Positions 1-11,170 of a DNA stretch of 64,000 nucleotides are shown here, piece after piece. This DNA is from Eledone cirrhosa. Lineage: Eukaryota. Position numbers and translations under genes: made by a program. The notes under the pieces were generated by a model that saw only the letters and a program-made list of their open reading frames with translations, was not told the DNA's origin and did no database searches. Position 1 is the first letter of the stretch. Every line of letters starts with the position of its first letter. The stretch lies in contig OZ024741.1 of the NCBI GenBank assembly GCA_964016885.1, positions 177,444,001 through 177,508,000 of the forward strand, written 5' to 3'.

Positions 1-196
1 AAGGGCCAGAAAATTATTTCAAATCGTTTACACTTATACGTTAATAGAACCAAGTAGATAATATAACTAAAAAGCAAAATAACGTCTGTCTGAGGGTGTG
101 GACGAATGTGTGTTCAGATGAATAGGTGTTGTGTGACTTTATATACGCACACACACACACTCTCTCTCTCCTAATTACATATATATATATATATAT

Positions 197-558
197 ACAA
201 TATATTAATAAATGGAAACTATATTTATAAAACCATATTTATTATATTATATATATTTCAAGGGCAACCAAGGCAAATTATGGTCCGCTTTCATCAGATA
301 AAATAGAGATTTGTTTTATAAATAAATATTGATATACCCGGAAAAAAGACAACCTTAACGGTTGGAGCTTCCTGGATAGTGAAGGAAGCTCCAACCGTTA
401 AGGTTGTCTTTTTTCCGGGTATGTCAATAATTATTTATAAAACAAATATGTATTTTATCTGGTGAAAGCGCACCATAAAATGCCTTGGTTGCCTTGAAAT
501 GTATATAATAAAATAAATATGGTTTTATAAATATAGTTTCCATTTATTAATATATTGT
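197..558. repeat. Long imperfect palindrome (~177-bp arms, 9-nt loop) carrying a hammerhead motif in each arm; probable fold-back PLE pseudo-LTR
   Basis: 197-373 is the reverse complement of 383-558 (centre ...aacggttggagcttcct ggatagtga aggaagctccaaccgtt...), with scattered mismatches; adjacent to (TA)n. Confidence 0.9.
240..305 (-). ncRNA. Type I hammerhead ribozyme motif
   Basis: Minus strand reads tattttat-CTGATGA-aagcggacca...tggttgccctt-GAAA-tatata-TA-atataata. The mirror copy on + at 451-515 has CTGGTGA. Confidence 0.65.
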
Positions 559-1173
559 GTATTTACTCCTCTAAATTGTTGAGTGCTTTATATCAGTTAT
601 AAAATGTTTAAGCTTGTTGAATCCCAACAAATTAAATATAACCTCTGTATATATATATAATTTAATATAAAATAAAGATAAACACACACATATACGTATA
701 TGTGTTCAAATCGTAAGGGACCAGATTTGCTAAGGTGAAAAAATGCTAACTATGGACAATAGGGTTTGCTGGACGCAATTTAAGAATAAATCAAGAAAAT
801 TAATACAAACCGGAATTGTGGTAACTACCAATCACCAAGACAGCGTTTGGCTATGCTGTTTCGCAAATTAATTGTGAAGTGGAATACCGATTCTTGCCGT
901 GAGTGGGTGAAGAATTACTATCCTGGTCACTTCTAAGTATATCAGAAAACTGAATAGTGTGCGTATATATAATAACGCACATGGAACTTAGCGTGTCTCA
1001 CAAACTCACACCACTAAAAATAGCAGCCAGGTTTACTCGACTTTAACACATATATGTATATGTCTGTGTTTATCTTTCTTTTATATTCAATTATAATATA
1101 CGGCTCGGAAATATCTCTTTCCTAGAGCTATTTTATTGTAACACTATTTTGAGTTTCTAACTCAATATATACC

Positions 1174-1221
<48 letters not shown>

Positions 1222-1224
<3 letters not shown>

Positions 1225-1340
1225 CTTGAGCTCTGCCGCCGGGGTCATACATTTTCCTATTACCCACTGTACTAACCTAAGTATTGAGTACTCTGGTGCG
1301 TTATGGTCAATCTGGTTCCTTACCACAACTCTTTCGTTAT
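1222..1340 (+). repeat. Short dispersed repeat matching the terminal repeat of the PLE at 24.5-26.2 kb
   Basis: ggcttgagctctgccg...tacccactgtactaacctaagtattgagtactctggtgcgttatggtc matches 26110-26220 and 26330-26450; flanked by (TA)n. Confidence 0.7.
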
Positions 1341-1555
1341 ATATATATATATATATGTGTGTGTGTGAGTGTGTGTGCATGTGTGTGTGAGTATATATAT
1401 ATATATATATTGAGTATATGTTGGTTGTGTACCAACACCACAGTATGCAGATTGGAGCACTCGACGAAGTGCGCAGGTTGGTTTGGTTACTCCGAAGTAA
1501 TGTAAAATAAAATAAAATAAATAAGTCAAATGTTTAAAATTTGGCTTCGTTTATT

Positions 1556-1610
1556 ACTGCTATATATATTTCGGTGACAGCCATCTTTGGCTGTGACCTC
1601 TTCAGGCAGT
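1556..1610 (-). ncRNA. Type I hammerhead ribozyme motif
   Basis: Minus strand reads actgc-CTGAAGA-ggtcacagcca aaga tggctgtcacc-GAAA-tatata-TA-gcagt, then AATAAA. It lies inside a unit with inverted ends (1505-1556 / 1940-1990). Confidence 0.8.
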
Positions 1611-2006
1611 CCGAATTAGTGTGGTAGAGACGAGTACACATGTTGCTGAGGTGTTTAACTTTGTCAATACTCTGATATGCCCAGTTCCTGGTTGGGTTGT
1701 TATTTCACTGAGGAACTGGAATCATATGAATTTAAACAAATGAATTTCAGCATCAAAGGGTCTCTTCTTCTCTCATTGGTCAGTTGTTAGAACATTCCTC
1801 AGTCAAAAGTCTACAGAAATTCGTTGTGAGGCAAGCCAATCTGCAGTTGTTGTTCTTGTTATTGTTAGGTACATCTGACCTCTGAGCTGACTCCAACAAC
1901 AACACCACTACCAACATAAGCATAGAGGTCAGATGTACCTAATAAACGAAGCCAAATTTTAAACATTTGATTTATTTATTTTATTTTATATATATATGTG
2001 TGTGCG

Positions 2007-2037
<31 letters not shown>

Positions 2038-2124
2038 ATGGAACAATTTGAACGGGAACAAAACAGAGGCAGTACAACGAATGTTTATTAATTTCACGCT
2101 CTGGAGAGTGGGGTGGTGGTGGGG

Positions 2125-2158
2125 AACGACGTTTCGGGCATAAGCCCTTCCTCAGGTC
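2125..2158 (-). ncRNA. Minimal type I hammerhead ribozyme motif
   Basis: Minus strand reads gac-CTGAGGA-a-gggc ttat gccc-GAAA-c-GTC-gtt, the usual PLE-type minimal HHR layout. Confidence 0.65.
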
Positions 2159-2284
2159 AGAAGTGTGTGGGAACAGAGTTCAAAGGGTGTGTAGGGGAGT
2201 GGTGGAGAGACATATAGCGAAAGGAAACGGTGCGAATGAAATTAAAAATAAAAATAAAAATGAATCATGATCAAAATACATGTA

Positions 2285-2632
2285 TTACAATTGTTTCATC
2301 CAAACCGAGGTTTGAGGTCTTCGGACAATTTTTCAATGTTTGTTTACATACATGACCTCCTTTCCAACGCAAGAGACATACAGATACATATGCTTATATT
2401 GATGCACAGTGGGGTGACATCTATTATATTATTTCTGAATGGCAATTTAAATTCAAAAATTAAAATCATATTAAAACAGAATCAAAGCAAAATTAAAATT
2501 AAAATACAACATCGGCAATATATACATATGTACCTCTATGTCTCTTGTGTTGGAAAGGAGGTCATGTATGTAAACAAACATTGAAAAATGGTCCGAAGAC
2601 TCCAAACCTCGGTTTGGATGAAACAATTGTAA
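2285..2632. repeat. Inverted repeat (2285-2392 / 2525-2632) with degenerate HHR-like motif
   Basis: Arms are reverse complements; each contains CCGAAGA-c-tccaaacc tc ggtttgga-t-GAAA-caattg-TA (core U4>C). Confidence 0.75.
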
Positions 2633-2674
2633 GCTAATAAATTGTTTGAACAGAACTTTGATTCATGTGAATTC

Positions 2675-2882
<208 letters not shown>

Positions 2883-3681
2883 TGTGTGTAACAGAGAAAG
2901 TGAGAGAGAGAAGGTAGAGAGCGAGAGGGAGAGCGAAAGTGAAAGCGAATAGATAGGAGGGTGTAATCCAGAAAGAACATAAGAAATAAAGAGCAAGTGA
3001 CTGTTTGTGTTTGAAAAGTAAAGGATATAGACTGACATTTAATTCCATTAACTCATTTGTAACTAATGATCGCTAGGATTTGTGTGCTCTTTATTTTTTA
3101 TATATTTATAATTCATTGAAACAGATTTAATATAAACATTAATGCTACATTAAGCAGCAAGATTGTAACACTCGATGTCTGCATGACTAATTGTTACAAA
3201 GAAAACACAAATAGTAAATTGATATGTAAAGCAGGAATTACAAAAGGAGCATTAAGTAACTGATTTTTCTACAGATATGTGTCTTTATTAATGAGGTATC
3301 CATTTATTTACTGCTTTGAAGTACTACAAAAGAAATCAAAAGCCGTTTGTTACGCAAGCCTATTATCCTTTTATTTTTATTTTGTTTTCACATGCTCCAG
3401 AGAAATAGTTATTACTGAAAAACTACATTTATATGTCAAACTCATCTATTTTATTTGTGTTTTTACGTATAAATTGTAAATTGGCATTCCCTGTATAGGA
3501 AAAGTTGATTCTTAACATTAGGACTAACAGATTTGTGTCAGAGACATCATCGTTAGATAAAAATGGTACCTGTAACCACTTGCATAGCTTACTGACTTAA
3601 ACAAATAAGTATAGAACAAATGTAATCATAGGTCTGCAAAAACACTGGGAAATTAATCGTTAGAACATAATTATCTCTCAT

Positions 3682-4080
3682 TGGTTTACAAAAGTAGGTC
3701 TAATCTTGAATTAAACAACAGCAACAAATCAAATTGTGCAAGACAGTCCACAATCCTTTATAGAGTATTCTACTAGTTTTTCTAACGATACTGTTAATTC
3801 ACAGTTCTTTAGAGATTTAGCTACGATAAATAAAGTATCGGTAAAATGATGGGTCACTACTCCCTACTCTTTCTATCTCTCCCATTTCACTCTCTGTCTC
3901 CTTCAGAAGTGATCACATTCAAGGAACAATGAACAAAGAATTCATATAGCAGCATTGTTATCAATTCCATCACTATTCTGTGGGGTACATATTTGGGAAA
4001 GACATCGAATCGAATACATGAGTGATATATATTTCATCAATATTACTAAGGAATTTACCACAGTGATGTGAACTGCATAT
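3682..4080 (+). repeat. Dispersed repeat, inverted copy at ~61265-61672
   Basis: aaagtaggtctaatcttgaatt...ttctactagtttttctaacgata...gggtcactactccctact...gtgatcacattcaaggaac occurs as reverse complement at 61265-61672. Confidence 0.8.
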
Positions 4081-4640
4081 AAATTAGAGTTGACTTTACA
4101 TGCCAAACTCTGTTTTCTCTTTTCTACCTATTCTTCCATGATGGTTTAAGGCAAAATTTAGGTTAAACTTTCATATAGCCTCAGCGTTCGGGGAGAAAAT
4201 GATATATATAGTAAATTACGTCGCCTAAACAATTTTACATAGTCAACTTAGCTACAAAAATGTTTTACCTTACAACGAAACATATGTTCCGTTCCGAGAA
4301 ACACTGCATCAACTTCCTCGAATTCCTTGAGGTATACTTCATTCATTTGAAATTCTGCATGACGTTAACTATGTGTCAGGATAATATCTTTTGGTTGGAT
4401 TAGCAAGCAATAATTGGTATATTGTGTTTTTTTCCTAGCCATATATGTCCGATATACTCGAGGTGTCGTGCATAAATGAAGATACGCAAGGAATATGTCT
4501 TGACAATATGAAGCCTTTCAGCATTTCACACAATTCCTTCTGCTACCGAACCATTTACGATTGTATATTTGAAATTAAATCCAGTACACTTACATTTCTT
4601 CTTTTTCTTCATCTTATTATTATTATTATTATTATTATTG

Positions 4641-6261
4641 TTCTTTGAGTCTCAGTCTTTGATGTTAGTTAACTGGAAAGTGTGTTGAAATGAATATCAA
4701 GCCACTACCTGCAGCCTCAGATATTCAGGACGTATCGAAGGGTTCTTGCTGTTCCCAGCAAGCATGCCTTTTGAAGCGTTCCAAAAAGCGTCGCGGGGCC
4801 AATTTTCTTTAACCATCCCCGGAAACTTTTTGAGATAGTACCTAGTGCGCCTATGACAATCGGGATCACTTTGACTTTATGGCAGTTCCAAATCGTTTTT
4901 ACTTCCCACTTTAAGTCCTGGTATCGGTTAATTTTATCCCTCTCCTTCTCTTGCACTCTCGTGTCGAATGGGCAGGCCACACCCACAATAAGGCACGATC
5001 TTTTTTCCTTGTCCAAAACCACCAGGTCAGGTATATTGTGTTCCAGTTTCATTGTCCGTCTGTATCCTAAAATCCCACAGCACCTTCACCTGATCGTTTT
5101 CTATCACCGACTCTGGCTTATGCTCATACCACTTCTCAGAATGTGGTAAATTGTTTACTTTGCATAGGTGCCAGTGGATCACCCTGCCCATCACATCATG
5201 TCTCCAGCCCTTATAGTGAGTCTGGGCTAGGTGTTTACACTCGGATACAATGTGAGCCACAGTCTCCTCTCTCTCTCCACAGATCCTGCACAGTGGGCTA
5301 GACTCCTCCTTGTAAATATGGTGTTTCAAGCACTTCGTTTTGAGGGCCTGCTCTTGCGCAGCCATTAGCATTCCTTCTGTAGCCTTTTTAAGGTCTCCTC
5401 TTTTCAACCAGTTCCATGTCTGTGGATCTCTGAATTCAGTTTTCTAAAAGAAGGTACTATGAAGGGATTTTTCATGAAGGCTGCTCTTTCTCCTGGTTGT
5501 TATTTCCTCCTTGGACATCCCCTGGTCTATTGTCCTCTCCTTAAGTACAATTCTGAGCATTGGCTCCTTACTATCAGTCACGTATTTGTGTAGGTTGTTT
5601 TTTCCATCTGAACACAGTCCTCTATGCTGATAAGACCTCTTCCACCTTCAGATCTCCTTAAGTAGAATCTATCGACATCACTCCTCTTGTGGAACATGCT
5701 GTAGATAGTCAATAGCTTCCTAGTCTTCCTATCCATTTCTTTTTATTCAGCAACATTCCGTCTCAGAATTCCCGCACTGTACCTAATAATAGACACAGCT
5801 CGGGAATTTAATGCACTAATGGTATTCCTAGTGTTCAGATGTGACTTTAATACGCTCCTTACTCTCCGAATGTATTCAGATCTTATCATTTCCTTCATTT
5901 TTTTGTTCTTGATGTCATCAGCCCCCAGAAAACCCAAATACTTGTATCCTTCTTCAGTGTCAATTTCCTTTATCATCTTACCTGTTGGTACCTGGATTCC
6001 GTTGCTTCTGCTCAATTTACCCCTCTTCATCACAAGGATTCCACATTTACTAATACCAAATTGCATACATATATCAGTGCTGAAATACGGACAGTGTCAA
6101 AAAGCACATCCAACTCCTTCTCACTCTACCCGAAGAGCTTAAGATCGTCCATGAAGAGGAGGTGATTGATGGTAAGCTCTCCCTTACCCAACTTGTATCC
6201 AGCTCTCACTTTTCGCAGTATAATGCAGGGACATCAGGGAAAGGACAAACAACAGAGGGGA
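4641..6261 (-). mobile_element. 5'-truncated, frameshifted R4/Dong-clade non-LTR retrotransposon (RT C-terminus + CCHC + RLE)
   Basis: ORF pieces GYKYLG, CRICGEREETVAHIVSEC, WRHD, PDLVV..D; near-identical to 11171-12790; (TAA)n on both sides. Confidence 0.92.
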
Positions 6262-6285
6262 CTATTATTATTATTATTATTATTA

Positions 6286-9200
6286 CAGTTGCATTTATCT
6301 TGCTTTATGTTCATACGAGTTATCACCAAGTCACAACCAGTGACCTCAAGAGACAACAAGGTCCGCCATGTTCAAGAAAGAACATACATACTCACACATG
6401 CATCTTTAGTGTTTAGACATGTGATGTACTTATATTGACAGAATCTTCCTTAGTATATGGGCAGTTCCCATTAGTACTATCTTTTGTATTTGTTCTATAC
6501 GCGGGTTTCCTGGGATTTGCGATAAGTAATCATTAGACCCCTTAGGTATCATTCCCAGAGCGCCTACAACCACTGGTATTGTTTTAGTTCTCAATTTCCA
6601 CATTTTTCCAATATCTATCTCCAGGTCCTTATATTTGCTAAATTTTTCAAATGTTTTTATAGATACATTCTTGTCTATTGGAACAGACATATCAATTAGC
6701 AGGCATACCCTGTTTTTAAAGTCCTTCAATATTATATCAGGTTTATTTGCATCTATTTTTCGGTCTGTTTGGATGCTAAAGTTCCACAAGATTGAGATGT
6801 GATATTGTTCAAGTATGGGAGGTGGTTGATGCTCCCACCAATTCTTTTGATGGGGCAGTTCAAAATGCTTACACATTATCCAATGTATTTATTGTGCAGC
6901 TCTGTCATGCCTGTTTAGGTATTCGGTTGGAGCTATAGGACTGCACATTGAAATTATATGGTCAAAGGTCTCTGGTTGTTTTTTGCATACACGGCATAAT
7001 GGGCTGCATCCATTTTTTATTATGTTGGCTTGGTAATTTTGTGTTGGCAGACACTGATCTTGTGCTGATATAATCAGTCCTTCAGTCTCCGATTTCAGTC
7101 CAGAGGATGCCAACCACTGATGGGTTAGAGTTTTGTCAACATCAGGATTGTTAGCTCGCTCTGGGTATTTTCCATATAGAGGCTTTTCTTGCCATTTCTT
7201 AGCCAGTTTCTGTAGCAGTTCTTTCTTTGCAGTTACTTTTACCTGCTTTGCTTTTTCTGTGTTTTCCATTTCAGCAGTAAATGGGACTTCTGAAATTAGT
7301 AGTCCATTACTGTATCTTTGTGCATCTTTTGTAATGGAATATGATCTTTTGATGCTTTCGTGTTTCAAAACGAGTTTGATCATCCAATCATGTGATTCCC
7401 TTAGATATGTACATAATCCAATTTTTGCAGTTTTCAACGCAATGTCTAAGTGGATTAACCCACGTCCTCCTTCTTTCCTAGGGAGATATATTCTATCTAG
7501 ATCTGCCTTAGGGTGATGCATTCTGTTCATGGTTAAGAATTTTCGAATTTTTGTATCGAGCCTACGGATCTCTGTGCTTGACCAGTTGATGACATTGTAA
7601 CTGTAGTTTACTACTGGTATGGCAAGCGTGTTTATGGCATCGATCCTATTCCTTGGATTCAATTCCGTTCTTAAGATTGCTCTTACTCTGCGGTAACATT
7701 CCTTCCTTATCCTTTCCATCATTGTCGAGTGCTTGATTCCGTCTCCTTCACAAACACCAAGATATTTGTAAGTTTTTTCTTGTTCAAGTTCTCTTATCAC
7801 GTTCCCCCGATCAAGATTAATGTCTGAACTCTACAGCAGCCTGCCTCTGGTGAACGTTGCTTTGGCGCATTTAACTAGTCCAAACTCCATTTTAATGTCA
7901 TCACTGAACTGCTCCACAGTGGATAATAGCCCTTGCAATTGTTCATCATTTTTTGCAAATAGTTTCAGATCATCCATGTAGAACAAGTGATTAATGGTTT
8001 TGTCATAGACTTTATATCCATGTTTTGTTTTATTGAGCATTTTACTTAATGGTATAAGTGCGATGCAGAATAAAAGCGGTGATAAAGAGTCACCCTGAAA
8101 AATTCCACAATTAATATTAACTTCTCCAGCTTCCAGTGATTTTGTTTCACTATTCAAAAGGAGTGTCGTTTTCCATGTCTTCATACTGAATGACAAAAAC
8201 CTCCTGACAACGGGGAATATTTTGAAAATCTCTAAACATTTTTCAATCCAACTGTGTGGCAAACTATCGAATGCTTTTTTATAATCTATCCAAGCAATCG
8301 ATAGATTTTTGTGTCTATTATGACAATCTTCCAGTATCATTTTGTTAACCAGAAGCTGATCCTTACAGCCATATGAGCCTCGTTTACACCCTTTCTGCTC
8401 AATGGGAAATAGGTCGTTTGTTATCAGGTGGTCATATGTGTATTCAGTTAGGACTGATGTTAAAATGTTATACATTGTGGTCAAGCAAGTTATCGGTCTG
8501 TAATTTTTGGGATTGTTTATTTCATCATTCTTCGGAAGCAGGAATGTAATGCCGTTAACTAGCCATGATGGTATCTTTTCTGGCTCCTTAACTATTTCAT
8601 TGTAAAGTTGGGCTAACAGCTCATGAGACTCTGCGGAGGCATTTATCCAAAAGTTTTGTATTTTGTCTTTTCCTGGGGATTTCCATTTGCTGGTTTTTCT
8701 TAGAGCCAAGCGCAACTGTTCAACTGTTATATTTTCCCATATTTGTTCCTCAAGTTGAGCTGTATCTTTCATTTGTCTGTCTATCCATGGGGCATGTATG
8801 TTATGAACTTTTTCTTCGGCCCAGATCTTTTCCCAGAATTCTTGCACTTCCTCCTTGGGTGGTATTGATTTAGCAGTTATTGTTGACTTACCAATTTTTC
8901 TGTAGAAGTTTCTTTGGTTGTTTTTGAACATATTATTGTCCTTATAGAATCTAGATCGTTTTTCAAAGCGCCTTATACGAGCAGCTTTGGCCGACACTTT
9001 TTGCTTGATTATTTCTATCAGCATGTCTATGTCACTTGTTGATTTTATGCTGTACTTTTTGTTCAATTTTCTAAGTTTAGTTTGTTTAACATGTTCACCT
9101 ACTTTATAGTTTGTTAACATTTTTATGTCAGATCGGAGAAGGTTTATTTGGCGATTGATGTTCTCTTGCCAAGTAGATTGCTTGTGGGAATTCCTTTATT

Positions 9201-10250
9201 TTTTCATCTTCAGTCCACATAAGTGAGTGGTGACTTTAGTCGATGCATAATAGAGATGATTTAAATCAGTAATGTTTAGTTTGTTTGTGATGATAATGTT
9301 TTTGATAATTATGTTAGTCTTTTGGTTCTGTTTGGAGTTCTGGATCTTAGGGAGGGTGTCTCGTTGCCACTTTTCAGATTCTTTCATTTTCATCCATTCG
9401 ATCATAATTTCATCCTTCAAGTTGGCAAGTTCATTCTCATTCATTTCTTTATCATTTACGATCTCATTATTTTCATTTGGAGTTTCATCTTGAGCATGCA
9501 CTCCCTCCACTTTTTCGATCCTTTCTTTAATTTGTTCTGTTGCCAGTGATTCCGCCCCAACCCTGGGATTCGAAGTGTTACCATTTACCTCGTTTTCACT
9601 GACACATGTTTCATTTTCCCTTCGCTGACTTTGTGCTAATAGCTTGATCTGATCAATTTCTATATCAGTTAGTAACTTTTTTCTTACAATATTTCTTCGT
9701 ATATTGGCTAGTTTGTTACTGTCAATATAGCGTCTGTTTTCGGGATGTTTCTTTTTCCAGTTGATATATGTCTGTTCTGTATTCGATGTATTTGATGGGT
9801 AGTACATGGCAGTGTAGAAAGCCTCAAGGACTTCTTTATTATCTTCCATTGACCATTTTTCTCTCTTTTTCTTTGGATTTCTTGGTGGTGAGCATGGAGG
9901 GCCAACAGTAGGAGTATTCCGGTTATGGGAGGTCTCCAGCTCCGAAGTGATGGGAAGGTTTGAAGCATTAGCTGATTTTTCGACCCCAGTCTGGTTCCTC
10001 TCTGAGGGACGCGGCTCTTTTTTACCCGGGTGACGGCCGATCCGGTATGAGATTTTATCATTAGACATTTACTTTATTTTGTCGTGTTTTATCCTTATCC
10101 ACCAAGGGGTAATCATTTCGTGTTACCACTTCTAGAACGAGTGTCAACCAAGACAAGAGGGGTCGTTCTCCCCTAGAGACACGGCTATTCCCCGCCGGCC
10201 GCCATCCCGGTATATCTTGGTCACGGTGTTTTCTTTTTGTTGTTTTTTTT
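6286..10250 (-). mobile_element. Near full-length R4/Dong-clade LINE, second subfamily
   Basis: KSPGKD, NYRPITCL, QKGC, WIDYKKAFDS, GIFQGDSLSPLLF, YMDDLK, YKYLG, CRVC..ETFDHIISMC, RHD, KPDII; 3' UTR abuts (TAA)n at 6263-6285. Confidence 0.93.
6430..10068 (-). pseudogene. R4/Dong-type RT-RLE ORF (~1213 codons) with three in-frame stops
   Basis: Track ORFs 9196-10068, 7831-9120, 6889-7800 and 6430-6876 share one frame and are separated by stops at 9196, 7831 and 6889. Confidence 0.9.
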
Positions 10251-10311
10251 AAATTGTTATTATTATGAGTGGTTCCTTAATGTGAGCATTGCGTGGATTA
10301 AGAATGAAATT

Positions 10312-10365
10312 ATTAATAATTGTCTCCACTCCAGGCACAAGGCCAGCAATCACCCAGTGCATTAC
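10312..10365 (-). mobile_element. 3' fragment of tRNA-derived SINE
   Basis: ggcacaaggccagcaatcacccagtgcattac is the reverse complement of the SINE 3' part at 20400-20447. Confidence 0.65.
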
Positions 10366-11106
10366 AATAATATAATATACTTTTTGCTGAAGTTGCCTGT
10401 TATTGTTGTTGGCTATGCCGGTGGTGGTGATGGGGCTGTTTATATTGTTGGTGAGGAAGGGGTGAGCCAGCAGTGCCATAGTTGTTGATGTTGACGTTTG
10501 GCCGGTGGCCAGGTCACTAAGTCAATCTATTTATATCTTTTGCTAGCCTCTCCCTTTTCTAGTGATACCGCCACCTTCACCTTTCTCTCCCAAGTTAACA
10601 GGGGAATAGTGGTGGTAGCAATGAAGGAGTGGTGGCGGCGGTGATGGGATAGTGGTAGCAATGATGGATGGAGTGGTGGCGCCGGTGGCGTTGTCGTTAC
10701 TGAGTTTTGTGATATGTAGTATCTATGAGTTTGTCGCGTATGTTTAATATATATTGTGTTCACATATTCCCGTAAAATTAGAATTAAACATTTTGTTAAA
10801 ACTTGAGACAATAATAATAGTAATTATTATTATGATGCTGGGATTGGTGGTGGTGGTGGTGAAATTGCCGTTATCTGGCTGTTATATTTAGTGTGATGGG
10901 GTAGGTGGTGTATCAAGTTTCTGGTGTTGGTTAAATTGCTGTTATTTGGCTGTTCTATATAGTGTAGACAGAGGGTGTTTTCTTCCATTTATATCCATTT
11001 TCTTTTTTGAATACAAAATATATAATACAAAATTGAATATTTGAGCGATATAACAATATAATATGGATCCGAAATTTTATGGGACTTGATTCGGTGGTTT
11101 ATGCAA

Positions 11107-11161
<55 letters not shown>

Positions 11162-11170
11162 GTTGTTATT

